Shown here one piece after another: positions 9,458-19,550 of a stretch of DNA of 52,460 nt (within the stretch, counting starts at the first letter, position 1; every line of letters starts with the position of its first letter). The notes beneath the pieces were generated by a model that searched no databases, was not told the DNA's origin, and saw only the letters and a list, made by a program, of their open reading frames with translations. Origin of the DNA: Thainema sp. (GTDB lineage Bacteria; Cyanobacteriota; Cyanobacteriia; Phormidesmidales; Phormidesmidaceae); the NCBI GenBank assembly GCA_052168235.1, contig JBQLZK010000054.1:1-52460 (forward strand). Direction: 5' to 3'. Both the position numbers and the translations under genes were made by a program.

Positions 9458-10495
9458 ATGGCGCTCTTCAAAATTACCGATCGATATCCAGACTATAAAG
9501 ACCGCTTTTTTGGCGGGCATGATGTGAAAGGGGCTGCAGTGTACACTCATGCGCAACATGAGAAAGTTGGCAGCGTTCGCAATGTTTTAGTTGATGAAGC
9601 AAACCAAATCCGTTATCTCGTAGTCAGTACCGGCCCGTGGGTATTTAGCAAAAACGTTCTACTGCCCATTGGTTGCTGTGTAGACCAGCCAAACCGCGAT
9701 CGCAGTTACATTACTGACTTGACCAAGAGCCAGGTTCATGACCTGCCTGAGTATAAAGACGAAATGGTAGCCCATCCAAACGATGCGGCTCAGTCCAATG
9801 GCAAGGGACAGACTCACTGGGTCAATAACATGACAAGTGTTGAGGACTCCGTGCCAGTTGAGCTGTCGGTGCCTGTAGAAGAAGCCGGGCTAAAGGGATA
9901 TATTCCGTTACAGTCAATGGCAAGACCAACTCATCAGTCTACTGTTATTCAGCCGGATATCCAGCCTCACACTGAATCTACGATGCCTGCTAAGTCGAAT
10001 GGTTACAATCAAGAGCCGGATCTCCATGCCGCTAATGATCCCAATCATCACCGAGTACAGCTTTACGAAGAGCGCTTAGTGGCGGATAAATATCAGCAGA
10101 AGGCGGGTGAGGTAACAATTTCTAAACGGGTTGAAACCACTCAGACTGAAACCAATCTACCGCTGCGCAAAGAAAAAATCATTATTGAGATTGAATCAGT
10201 AGGTGGTGTAACCCGCGTTAATACCCCCAATGGCAACATCCAAAACGGCGAATCCGTACACATGGATGTTTATGGGGAACAGGCAAATCTTCGGAAAGAA
10301 CCTGTTGTGTATCAGGAAGTCAATATCCGTAAGGAAGTTGCAACGGATGTAGTGACCGCTCGTGAAACGCTACGGCGCGAAGAACTTGACGTTCAACCCC
10401 ATGAAGCCCCCGCTCGTGAAACGCTACGACGCGAAAAGCTTGATGTCCAATCCCATGAAGCTCCAGATGCGACCAACCGTTCTCATCGAATTTAG
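9458..10495 (+). CDS. PRC-barrel + DUF2382 protein, second paralog
   Basis: IRYLVVSTGPWVFSKNVLLPIG; VQLYEERLVADK; C-terminal 18-aa duplication. Confidence 0.9.
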   Translation: MALFKITDRYPDYKDRFFGGHDVKGAAVYTHAQHEKVGSVRNVLVDEANQIRYLVVSTGPWVFSKNVLLPIGCCVDQPNRDRSYITDLTKSQVHDLPEYKDEMVAHPNDAAQSNGKGQTHWVNNMTSVEDSVPVELSVPVEEAGLKGYIPLQSMARPTHQSTVIQPDIQPHTESTMPAKSNGYNQEPDLHAANDPNHHRVQLYEERLVADKYQQKAGEVTISKRVETTQTETNLPLRKEKIIIEIESVGGVTRVNTPNGNIQNGESVHMDVYGEQANLRKEPVVYQEVNIRKEVATDVVTARETLRREELDVQPHEAPARETLRREKLDVQSHEAPDATNRSHRI

Positions 10496-10508
10496 GGACG
10501 TTCAAAAC

Positions 10509-10572
10509 AAACGTTCAAAAAGAGACGTTGACCGCTACGTGCGTAGCGGTCAACGTCTCTTTTTGAACGTTT
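10509..10572. terminator. Perfect 31-bp-arm hairpin between convergent genes
   Basis: aaacgttcaaaaagagacgttgaccgctacg-tg-cgtagcggtcaacgtctctttttgaacgttt; a partial arm copy (acgttcaaaa) lies at 10498-10507. Confidence 0.85.
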
Positions 10573-10629
10573 TCCTAGACTTTAATGCCGATAATGCCGA
10601 GATTTGGATACGAGTGCGATCACCGTTAC

Positions 10630-11748
10630 CTACTCGTCAAGCTGCCACAGTTCCGTCGTATATTCTTCATCCAGCACTTTCTGCGGACGAAGCAGCAGTA
10701 CTAAACGGCCTAACAGGGCAACTTGTGGAGCTTCACTAAACCACTGCAACTGCAATTGATTGTCTGCATCCACCACAAAGTAGCTATCGGCCTGCCACTG
10801 GCGCTGGGCTCGATCAATCAAGAGTAAAATTGACTCTGTTTTGCCAGGCAGTTCAGTCGGCATCTGATCGCTTTGAGCCAATAGGGCAACTGGATCTTCA
10901 GCATTCAAGACAACTTGCCAACCCGGTAAAGGCACCCAAGCTCCACTACCGGAAAATTGAACGACTCGAAATTCTCCGTCCTCATCCACTAGGGGTACCG
11001 CTTTGTAGTCATCTACGCTAATCGGCCATTCACCGGCAACCGGGACGATACGCGGTAGTTCCTCCATCTCCTCTAAGCGGTAAACGGGCAGGCGAGGTGC
11101 TTCCTTCGGCTTACTGGCCACAGGCGCAAAGTCCAGCAGCAGTTTTTCAATTTCTTGACGCGCCCGCTCACTATGAACAAACCGCAATGCTTGAGCAATT
11201 AACCGAGATCGCGCTTGCAGGTCTTCTGATTGACGGGCCAGACGCCAATACCAGTAGGCAAAAGCATCACCAGCGTTGTCGCCAAAGCCCTCTGGCAAAT
11301 CAGTGCGCCAAGAATAGTCTTTCATCGCTTTGGCTAATTCGTGAGCATCGTCAAACTCTAGTCCTCGGTTAACAATTAGCTCCGCCGCTTTAGCCCGATC
11401 GGTCTGGGACAAAATTCTCAGCTCGTACAAAATGTCGCTGCCTTTTTGCCCAAAGTGCGATCGCGTTTGATCGGCAACACCCGCTGCCACAAGCGACTGG
11501 AAGACTTGCGCACCAACAATCACCTGATTTTGCTGAACAGGTTCAAAACCCGTTTCTTCAAAGATGCGTTGAGGTGAATAGCCTGCTTTTTGCAATGCTT
11601 GACAAGCTTGGCCCCAATCGACCCACTGGCCTTGTTTTCGCCGCAACAACAAAACTAGCTCATCGACATCAATATTCGACTCATTAGGTGCTTGAGCAGG
11701 GCTTTGAGGATTCTCTGGATTCGGTGTATTGGATTGTTGATCAGCCAT
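10630..11748 (-). CDS. raf1: RuBisCO accumulation factor 1
   Basis: LRRKQGQWVDWG, IFEETGFEPVQQNQVIVGAQV, GSDILYELRIL, WVPLPGWQV, acidic C-terminal WQLDE. Confidence 0.93.
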   Translation of the reverse strand: MADQQSNTPNPENPQSPAQAPNESNIDVDELVLLLRRKQGQWVDWGQACQALQKAGYSPQRIFEETGFEPVQQNQVIVGAQVFQSLVAAGVADQTRSHFGQKGSDILYELRILSQTDRAKAAELIVNRGLEFDDAHELAKAMKDYSWRTDLPEGFGDNAGDAFAYWYWRLARQSEDLQARSRLIAQALRFVHSERARQEIEKLLLDFAPVASKPKEAPRLPVYRLEEMEELPRIVPVAGEWPISVDDYKAVPLVDEDGEFRVVQFSGSGAWVPLPGWQVVLNAEDPVALLAQSDQMPTELPGKTESILLLIDRAQRQWQADSYFVVDADNQLQLQWFSEAPQVALLGRLVLLLRPQKVLDEEYTTELWQLDE

Positions 11749-12192
11749 AGCAGTGGTTGGTTCAATCGGGCAGTGTCCAATTCTTTATTTTGAGGGAAAG
11801 TGCCCGACTTGGCACGGAAGTTGTTCGAAAACTTAGTCCGACCATACTGCCCAACCCCAGCCATTCTGTAGCCACATGTTCCGTAGCGAACGGAGATGAC
11901 GGCCAACTTCACAGAACCTCAACAAACCATCTAAATGAAAACGCTGTAAGCCGTGGCCTATCTGAACTTCATTCAGCTCCTGTCTTTTATAAAGGTTGAG
12001 TAAATACACGTAGAGGAACCTAGCATTCAACCAATTTCTTCAGCAAAACTGTTAAGTGCATCGATGGGGAGGTTGACGATCCGCAATAACCTTGTACGAG
12101 TCATCCGTACAAACTGCGATCGCACCTAATCTAAATCAGGTTGTATCCCTCGGCGTATTGTCTTAAACGGTTAGCCAGTGGAACGGGACGGA

Positions 12193-13062
12193 ATGCCACA
12201 GACGGATTCATTAAACCCAAGCACGTTGTCATCAGAGTCAAGACTCATAGTTGCTGACGCTCACGTACACATCTACGACTGCTTCAATCTCGATCAGTTC
12301 CTGGATGCCTCTTATCAAAACTTCAGCCAAATTGCGGCTCGTCAGGATAATCAGCTCCCATTTTTGGGTGTTTTATTCTTGACCGAGACGATCCGCGATC
12401 GCTATTTCCAGAAACTCTCCCAGCTCGCTGCGGGTAAATCCACAGAGGCGCTAACCCAAAAGTGGCAGTTCCGCGCCACTGGCGAAGCGGAATCGCTCTA
12501 CGCCTACACCAACGCGGGAGCAGAACTTTGCATTATTGCTGGTCGGCAGATTGTAACGGCTGAGAACTTAGAAGTCTTGGCACTGGGCACCGCTGAACTG
12601 TTCGAGGATGGTCAGCCCATTGACAACGTTGTAGATGCGGTTCATCAAGCGGGTGGACTACCTGTCATCCCTTGGGGATTCGGCAAGTGGATTGGGCGTC
12701 GCGGCACCGTTCTAACCGAGCTACTGGAAGCCGAACAGCCAACTATCTTCCTCGGCGATAACAGCGGTCGGCCCCTATTTTGGAAACGCCCTCCCTATTT
12801 TGAAACCGTTGAGAAAAAAGGGCTTTGTGTCCTACCTGGAACCGATCCACTGCCCTTCACCTCTGAAACAGATCGTCCGGGTAAGTATGGCTTCATGATG
12901 CAGGTTGCCATCGACGCTCAAATGCCAGCCGCTAGTCTCAAGCAGGCGGTAATGAATTCCCCCACCTCTTTAAAGACCTACGGGTCTTTAGAATCCCCAG
13001 TTCGGTTCGTTCGAAATCAGATTGCGATGCAGATTACCAAGCGACAAAGGAGAAGCGCATGA
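12193..13062 (+). CDS. PHP-like / amidohydrolase-fold hypothetical protein
   Basis: N-terminal DAHVH metal motif, 'VDAVHQAGGLPVIP' and GTD; overlaps the next gene (ATGA). Alternative GTG start at 12178. Confidence 0.6.
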   Translation: MPQTDSLNPSTLSSESRLIVADAHVHIYDCFNLDQFLDASYQNFSQIAARQDNQLPFLGVLFLTETIRDRYFQKLSQLAAGKSTEALTQKWQFRATGEAESLYAYTNAGAELCIIAGRQIVTAENLEVLALGTAELFEDGQPIDNVVDAVHQAGGLPVIPWGFGKWIGRRGTVLTELLEAEQPTIFLGDNSGRPLFWKRPPYFETVEKKGLCVLPGTDPLPFTSETDRPGKYGFMMQVAIDAQMPAASLKQAVMNSPTSLKTYGSLESPVRFVRNQIAMQITKRQRRSA

Positions 13063-13655
13063 AAGCACTCGTCATAGCACCCCAACCCTTTTTCTCTCCC
13101 CGTGGCACTCCTTTCAGTGTCTACTATCGAACGCTGATCACCGCCGAACTTGGAGCCGAAGTGGATCTCCTAACCTACGGTGAGGGAGACGATATCGAAA
13201 TTCCTGGCGTCCGGATGATTCGGATTCCTCACTTTCCGTTTCTGGGCAGCGTCAAAATTGGGCCTTCTAAGCTAAAGCTGTTTCTGGATGTCTTCATTGT
13301 GCTGTGGACAATTGGCCTGCTGATTCGCAATAAGTACGACCTAGTTCATGCCCACGAAGAAGCAATCTTCATTTGCCCCATCCTGAAACCCATTTTTGGT
13401 TTTAAGCTGATTTACGATATGCACTCCAGCCTGCCGGAACAGCTCACCAACTTCAAGTTCACCACTTCTAAGACATTGATCAATCTCTTTAAGCGGTTAG
13501 AAGACTGGTGTCTTCGGGCAGCGGATGCCACCATCACCATTTGCCCAAGCCTCTACAACTACGCGCTCAGCATTGTTGATGACGAAAGCAAGGTTTGTTT
13601 AATTGAGAACTCCATCTTTGATGATGTTCAGATCCGCAAAACTCCAGCCAACTAG
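13059..13655 (+). CDS. Glycosyltransferase family 4, N-terminal half only
   Basis: MKALVIAPQPFFSPRGTP, YDLVHAHEEA, IYDMHSS, LIEN; ends at the interdomain linker. Confidence 0.8.
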   Translation: MKALVIAPQPFFSPRGTPFSVYYRTLITAELGAEVDLLTYGEGDDIEIPGVRMIRIPHFPFLGSVKIGPSKLKLFLDVFIVLWTIGLLIRNKYDLVHAHEEAIFICPILKPIFGFKLIYDMHSSLPEQLTNFKFTTSKTLINLFKRLEDWCLRAADATITICPSLYNYALSIVDDESKVCLIENSIFDDVQIRKTPAN

Positions 13656-13746
13656 CCCCGTAATTTGGATTTAGCCCCCTCGAAACTGGTGGAATAACTG
13701 GTTTACATTCACCTTTTTGATCACTTCAAAACAAGAAGATTAAGCT

Positions 13747-14406
13747 ATGGTTATCGCTCAACAGCTTCACACTGAAGAACAAGATATTCTTACCCGAGTT
13801 GCTGATAAAAATCTGGTTGTTTATGCCGGAACTCTAGAACCTTATCAGGGCATTCATATTCTAGTTCGCGCCTTCAAACATGTTCTGGAGCAGGATCCAA
13901 CAGCATTTTTGCTGATCGTCGGTGGCACACCTGAGCAGGTTGATGAATACAAGCGGCTTGCAGACCGCTGTGAAATTGGCCAGCACTGCCACTTCACGGG
14001 TCGTGTATTCCAAACTGTTGCCAAGCATTACGCTGATCATGCCGATGTGCAAATTTCCTCGCGCATCAGCGGCACCAACACCCCGCTAAAAGTGTATGAG
14101 CAGCTGGCACGGGGTATTCCTATTGTTGCTACCAACATCTACTCACACACTCAGGTGTTGAATGATGAGGTCGCCTTCCTGGTTGAGCCCACCGCTGAAG
14201 ACATGGCACGTGGCATCATCTCAGCTTTGACCAATCCAGAAGAGGCAAAACGACGGGCGGAAAATGCACAGGCGCTTTATGAAAATCGCTACTCTCGTCG
14301 CGTTTATACAGACAAGATGAAGCGTTTGTTTCAATATCTCGATCTATTTGAAGATCGTTCACCCCATGTTGAACCAAAGAACATGATGGGCATGCTTTAC
14401 AAGTAA
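13747..14406 (+). CDS. Glycosyltransferase family 4, C-terminal half only
   Basis: VVYAGTLEPYQG, LLIVGG, TPLKVYEQLARGIPIVAT; has its own ATG in a different frame from the N-half. Confidence 0.8.
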   Translation: MVIAQQLHTEEQDILTRVADKNLVVYAGTLEPYQGIHILVRAFKHVLEQDPTAFLLIVGGTPEQVDEYKRLADRCEIGQHCHFTGRVFQTVAKHYADHADVQISSRISGTNTPLKVYEQLARGIPIVATNIYSHTQVLNDEVAFLVEPTAEDMARGIISALTNPEEAKRRAENAQALYENRYSRRVYTDKMKRLFQYLDLFEDRSPHVEPKNMMGMLYK

Positions 14407-14621
14407 AACTTGGTAACTAGACGCATCGTGACAGATCAAGCCAGCATTCGCGTATGTTGAAAGGCTACAAAGCCCAGGTTATCGCCATGCTGGCTTTGCT
14501 TTAGGCAGTTTTCGAGGGCGCGATCGCAATTCGTGGTTCATCACAGTCAGCAATTTGCACTGGTTCACGACGCTTTAACCGACCCCATCTGTCTTGAATT
14601 GGATTGTGGGTAGTTCTTAAA

Positions 14622-14676
14622 AGGTAATGATTTTTTGTTATGTGGGCGCTGCCCACATAACAAAAAATCATTACCT
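14622..14676. repeat. Perfect 26-bp-arm hairpin, 3-nt loop, with a bulged outer extension
   Basis: aggtaatgattttttgttatgtgggc-gct-gcccacataacaaaaaatcattacct; ggtagtt (14609) pairs with aactacc (14677). Confidence 0.9.
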
Positions 14677-14726
14677 AACTACCACTACCGGATTGTGTAC
14701 TCATCTAGTTGGAGCACTGAGAAACT

Positions 14727-16607
14727 ATGTGCGGAATTGCAGGGATTGCGGCTTTAAATGGCTCGACGCCTCCAACCTTGGAACAGCTTCAGGCCGTCTG
14801 TAACACGCTAACCCACCGAGGCCCAGACGATTTGGGTACTCACGTGCAGGACGGTGTGGCAATGGGTATGCGCCGACTGTCAATTATTGACCTAGGCGGT
14901 GGTCGTCAGCCCATTTTTAATGAAGACCGCACCATCTTGACCGTTTTCAACGGTGAAATCTACAACTTCCAAGAACTTCGGGAAAAACTGGAAGCCTGCG
15001 GTCACACCTTTAGAACTCATACCGATACGGAAGTGATCGTCCATGCCTATGAAGAGTTTGGCCTGGATTTTCCTAAGTATTTGAACGGCATGTTTGCGAT
15101 CGCAGTTCATGACACTGTGAAGAAGAAGCTGATCCTGGTGCGCGATCACATTGGCATCAAGCCCTTCTACTATGCGTTTAATTCTCAGTATTTAGTTTGG
15201 GGTTCCGAAATCAAGTCCATCCTCGAAAGCGGCCTCGTCAGTAAAACACTAGATTTGGATGCGCTAGGTGAGTTCTTTGCCTGGGAATACGTACCTGGCA
15301 CTGCCACCTTATTTAAAGAAATCCGCAAGCTGGAACCGGGCGCGATGATGGAAATCGACCTGGATAATCCCCGCTGCGAACCCTATGCGTTCTGGGATAT
15401 TCCCCAATTTGATGAAGAAGGCTCCAACCTCAGCGATGCGGAGTGGGAAGATCGCCTCGAAGAGCAACTGCGTAAAGCGGTAGAAATGCAGCTGGTCAGC
15501 GACGTGCCCCTGGGCGCATTTCTCTCCGGTGGAGTTGACTCCTCGCTGATGGTGGCCTACATGGGCGACGCCAAAACCTTCAGCATTGGCTTCGATGACC
15601 CCACCTATAACGAACTGGCTTGGTCGCAGCAAGTTGCCGATCACCTCGGCACTGACCACACGACGGAAGTGATTAAGCCCCACGTGGCCGACATGTTTGA
15701 GCATCTGATGCACTATATGGACGACCCCATTGGCGACTTCTCCATCTTCCCGACCTATCTAGTGTCGAAACTGGCACGGCAGCACGTGACGGTTTCGCTC
15801 AGTGGTGACGGCGGTGACGAGCTATTCGGTGGCTACGAAACCTATCTGGCCGACGATAAGGCGCGCCAGTATCAGCGTATTCCAGCCGTGCTCCGCAATG
15901 GCGTCATCAAGAATGTCATTAACTCGCTGCGGCCTCAGCCTGCTAAAAAAGGATTAATCAATAAAGCCAAGCGCTTCATTGAGGGAATGGAGCATCCCGA
16001 AGATCTCTCCCACGCTCGCTGGCGCATGTTTGCGGGCGATACAGTACGCCAGGAACTCTTCACCACGGGCGCTCAAAAAGAATTAGTCACTCCCGCCGCA
16101 GATCACATCCTCAAGCTGTTTGAACAAGCGGGTGAGCGGCAGCCCCTCAATCGCAGTCTGTACGTTGACCTCAAGAGCTACCTGAGCGACAACATTCTAG
16201 TCAAAGTGGATCGGATGTCGATGGCGGTTTCGCTGGAGGCGCGGGTTCCCTACCTGGATAAAAACGTGGTGGAAATGGCCTTCCAGATTCCGTCGCGGTT
16301 GAAGGTGGCTGACGGTCAAACCAAGGTACTGCAAAAGCGGGTAGCGGCGCGTCACATTCCGGAAAGCTGCGTTTACCGTCCAAAAGAAGGGTTCAGCATT
16401 CCCATCAAGCACTGGTTGGGCACCCAGTTCCGACCCATTATGGAAGACTATCTCGATCCCAAGGCGATTCGGGATCAGGGCGTTTTTCAGCCTGAAACCA
16501 TCGAACGCCTCAAGCAAGAACATTTGGCTGGTACGGCCAATCATAGCCATCTGCTCTGGTCGCTGATTGTATTCCAAAGCTGGCGGCGGCACTGGTTGGA
16601 TTCTTAA
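14727..16607 (+). CDS. asnB: Asparagine synthase (glutamine-hydrolysing)-family amidotransferase
   Basis: MCGIAG, HRGPD, RRLSIID, NGEIYN, SGGVDSS, SGDGGDELFGGY, KVDRMSMAVSLEARVP. Confidence 0.95.
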   Translation: MCGIAGIAALNGSTPPTLEQLQAVCNTLTHRGPDDLGTHVQDGVAMGMRRLSIIDLGGGRQPIFNEDRTILTVFNGEIYNFQELREKLEACGHTFRTHTDTEVIVHAYEEFGLDFPKYLNGMFAIAVHDTVKKKLILVRDHIGIKPFYYAFNSQYLVWGSEIKSILESGLVSKTLDLDALGEFFAWEYVPGTATLFKEIRKLEPGAMMEIDLDNPRCEPYAFWDIPQFDEEGSNLSDAEWEDRLEEQLRKAVEMQLVSDVPLGAFLSGGVDSSLMVAYMGDAKTFSIGFDDPTYNELAWSQQVADHLGTDHTTEVIKPHVADMFEHLMHYMDDPIGDFSIFPTYLVSKLARQHVTVSLSGDGGDELFGGYETYLADDKARQYQRIPAVLRNGVIKNVINSLRPQPAKKGLINKAKRFIEGMEHPEDLSHARWRMFAGDTVRQELFTTGAQKELVTPAADHILKLFEQAGERQPLNRSLYVDLKSYLSDNILVKVDRMSMAVSLEARVPYLDKNVVEMAFQIPSRLKVADGQTKVLQKRVAARHIPESCVYRPKEGFSIPIKHWLGTQFRPIMEDYLDPKAIRDQGVFQPETIERLKQEHLAGTANHSHLLWSLIVFQSWRRHWLDS

Positions 16608-16672
16608 TTCACGCTGCAGGGGACTGGCATCGGTGCTAGCACCCTGCATTATTTTTATTACGTTTGAGAACT

Positions 16673-18214
16673 ATGTCGAAGATTATTCGAGACCCGGCGG
16701 CAGCGGCGACTCAAGCTCACGACCTGATTATTGTTGGGGGCGGGATCTACGGTGCCATGCTGTCGCTGACAGCGGCGATGAGCGGTTTGCGGCCTTTGCT
16801 GCTGGAGCGCGGTGATTTTGGTGGTGAAACGAGCTACAACAGCTTACGGATTTTGCATGGTGGCCTGCGCTATCTGCAAACGCTGGATTTGCCTCGCTTC
16901 TTTGAGTCCGTGGGTGAGCGTCACTGGTTCCTCCGCACGTTTCCGGCACTGACTGAAACGCTGTCCTGCCTGATGCCGCTGTATGGGGATGGGGCGCGCA
17001 AGCCACCAATCTTGAAAGTAGCGCTGACCCTCAATGACCTGCTCAGCGCCACTCGTAACCAAGGCGTCAAGCCGGAGCGCCAGTTACCCAATGGCCAAGT
17101 CATCACCAGCCAGCAAGTGCAGGACGGTTTTGGCCAAGTTGATACCGAGGGATTGCAGGGCGGCGCAATTTGGTATGACGGTGGCATGCCCGATTCTCAG
17201 CGGGTCGTGATCAGCATGCTGCAGTGGGCGACACAGCTAGGCGCAACGGTACTCAACTACGTTGAAGCCAAGGAACTGAAGACAGCGCAGGGTAAAGTGG
17301 TTGGTGTTGTCGGTCAGGATCAGGTCAGCGGTATCGTTTACGAATACAGCTCCAATGTCGTAATCAATGCCGCTGGCCCCTGGTGTCGCGAGCTGGCAGC
17401 TCAGTTTGATCAAGATGTGCCTAATCTTTTCCGCAGCTCGATTGCTTGGAATGCCCTGTTCGATCGACCTGCGATCGCAGATTATGCCCTTGCGATCGCA
17501 CCGAAGAAACCCAATGCCCGCACCTATTTCCTGCGGCCTTGGAAGGGGCGGTTCCTGCTGGGAACGGTGCATGATCCCTGGCTCGATCCGGTACAGTCGA
17601 AGCCCATGCCCACCGACGAGCAGCTTCAGGCTTGCATTGACGATCTGAATATGGCGATTCCAGGACTCAACCTGTCATCGCAAGAAGTTGTGCGGATTTT
17701 CTCCGGCCTGCTGCCCGCTGCGGAAGAGGGCACCGAGAAGCTTGCTAAGCGGGAAGTGATTCTGGATCACGGCAAGCAGGGCAAGGTTAAGGGACTCTAC
17801 AGCGTATCGGGTGTGAAGTTCACAACGGCGCGCTTGGTGGCGGAAAAGACGTTAAGGGTCGTTTTTCCGAATTGCGATCGCAAACTCCAGGCCACTGCCA
17901 AACAAAAAGTTCCTGCCGAGGTGATTCAAAAGCGCGGCGATTTTAGCTACGACTGGATGCCGGAGGCAGGCGACACTGAGTGGCTGACAGAAATGTGGCA
18001 AATCATTCAGGACGAGGCGGTTGTGCATTTAGACGATTTGGTGCTGAGGCGTACGAGCATCGGCGACAATCCAGAGCGAGCATTGCAGGTCGCACCCCGT
18101 CTCTGTGAGCTCTTTGGCTGGGATTTTGCCCGCACTCAAGCGGAACTGGGCAGACTACAAGCATATTTCGATGCCGTTAATCCTCAGCCCGCGAAAGTAG
18201 CGATTGAAACTTGA
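16673..18214 (+). CDS. FAD-dependent oxidoreductase, glycerol-3-phosphate dehydrogenase/oxidase-like
   Basis: IIVGGGIYG, GETSYNSLRILHGGLRYL, VINAAGPW, SGVKFTTAR, EAVVHLDDLVLRRT. Confidence 0.85.
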   Translation: MSKIIRDPAAAATQAHDLIIVGGGIYGAMLSLTAAMSGLRPLLLERGDFGGETSYNSLRILHGGLRYLQTLDLPRFFESVGERHWFLRTFPALTETLSCLMPLYGDGARKPPILKVALTLNDLLSATRNQGVKPERQLPNGQVITSQQVQDGFGQVDTEGLQGGAIWYDGGMPDSQRVVISMLQWATQLGATVLNYVEAKELKTAQGKVVGVVGQDQVSGIVYEYSSNVVINAAGPWCRELAAQFDQDVPNLFRSSIAWNALFDRPAIADYALAIAPKKPNARTYFLRPWKGRFLLGTVHDPWLDPVQSKPMPTDEQLQACIDDLNMAIPGLNLSSQEVVRIFSGLLPAAEEGTEKLAKREVILDHGKQGKVKGLYSVSGVKFTTARLVAEKTLRVVFPNCDRKLQATAKQKVPAEVIQKRGDFSYDWMPEAGDTEWLTEMWQIIQDEAVVHLDDLVLRRTSIGDNPERALQVAPRLCELFGWDFARTQAELGRLQAYFDAVNPQPAKVAIET

Positions 18215-18272
18215 CTTAGTCGCGCCCATCCATATACATCCATCAACTCTTAATCTCAGGGAGGAACGATTC

Positions 18273-19259
18273 ATGAAAGCTCTCGTAACTGGAGCAAATG
18301 GCTTTACCGGCAGCTATCTGACCAAGCATCTGCTGGAAAAAGGGCATCAAGTCCGAGTGTTAGTGCGGAAAGGCTCCAATTTGAGCGCGCTGGAAGGGCT
18401 GCCCGTTGAGTATGCCTATGCCGATCTGGCTGATTCTGCGCCGCTGGATGAGAGCGTCATGTCCGGTATTGACGTGGTTTACCACATTGCGGCTCTCTAC
18501 CGGGCTGAAAACGTTCCGGTTCAAACGTTTTGGGACGTTAATTTGAATGGCACCAAAAAGGTTTTAGAAGCCGCCAAAATCGCTAACGTGAAGCGGTTTG
18601 TCCATTGCAGTACTGTTGGTGTACAGGGCGAAATTTCAAAGCCACCTGCGACCGAAGAGGCCCCCTATAAGCCGGGTGACTATTATCAGCAGTCGAAGCT
18701 GGAAGGCGAACTGTATGCCCTCGACTTCTTCAAGCGGGAAAACATGGCGGGTACAGTCGTCCGCCCAGTTGGCATCTATGGCCCTGGCGATACCCGCTTT
18801 CTGAAGCTGTTCAAGTACATTTATCAAGGCAAATTCCGCATGATCGGTAGCGGCAAAGTGCTGTACCACATGACCTTTGTAGAAGATCTGGCCCGCGGCA
18901 TTGCATTGGCTGGCGAAAAAGATGAAGCGATTGGCGAAATTTTCACGATTGGTGGCAACGAATACGTGCCGCTGAGCGAAATGGTGAAGATGATTTCCGA
19001 TGTCTTCAACAAGCCTGTTTCTAACTTCAAAATTCCCGTGTGGCCCGTTTGGTTTGCCGGACTCCTCTGCGAAATCATCTGCAAGCCGCTGAATATTGAT
19101 CCACCGATTTATCGCCGCCGGGTTGACTTTTTCTTGAAAGACCGTGCCTTCGATATTGCCAAAGCTAAGAAGCTATTGGGCTATGAACCCCAAGTTCCCT
19201 TAGAGAAAGGTTTACGGATCACAGGCGAGTGGTACGAGAAAGAAGGCTGGCTTGCCTAA
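18273..19259 (+). CDS. NAD-dependent epimerase/dehydratase
   Basis: VTGANGFTG, YxxxK (YQQSK), IYGPGD; GGGAGG RBS. Confidence 0.92.
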   Translation: MKALVTGANGFTGSYLTKHLLEKGHQVRVLVRKGSNLSALEGLPVEYAYADLADSAPLDESVMSGIDVVYHIAALYRAENVPVQTFWDVNLNGTKKVLEAAKIANVKRFVHCSTVGVQGEISKPPATEEAPYKPGDYYQQSKLEGELYALDFFKRENMAGTVVRPVGIYGPGDTRFLKLFKYIYQGKFRMIGSGKVLYHMTFVEDLARGIALAGEKDEAIGEIFTIGGNEYVPLSEMVKMISDVFNKPVSNFKIPVWPVWFAGLLCEIICKPLNIDPPIYRRRVDFFLKDRAFDIAKAKKLLGYEPQVPLEKGLRITGEWYEKEGWLA

Positions 19260-19362
19260 GCTTTATAAAATCCAACTTGTGTGTAAATTCTCGGAGAGTC
19301 CACCGTCTATGAATGGAGGTTCTCCGAGTTTCAACTTAAGGTGGAATTTGAAGATTGAACAT

Positions 19363-19497
19363 CTGATGACTGACCTCAATAATTCATATCAAGCCTGTGC
19401 ATAAGGATCCAATTTATTTTTCGTGAAACGTTTGTGGAGCAAACGTTTCACAAAAGTAAGTTATGGGTTTTCAACCCGACTTGATATTCGTCATCAG
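19363..19497. repeat. Nested inverted-repeat (MITE-like) element of about 135 bp
   Basis: Outer ctgatgac...atatcaag pairs with cttgatat..gtcatcag; inner gtgaaacgtttg-tggag-caaacgtttcac (19423-19451). Confidence 0.6.
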
Positions 19498-19550
19498 GCT
19501 GACCAGATAACCCCACCGAATTGCACTGCTAAATTTTGGGAACGCGCACC

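Noticed and set aside
11757..12177. Small ORFs or ncRNA between raf1 and the glycan cluster
   Set aside because: No recognisable protein or RNA motif; treated as a divergent promoter region.
14727..16607. Lasso-peptide cyclase
   Set aside because: The glutaminase domain is intact (Cys2), no B protein or precursor peptide is nearby, and the context is glycan-related.
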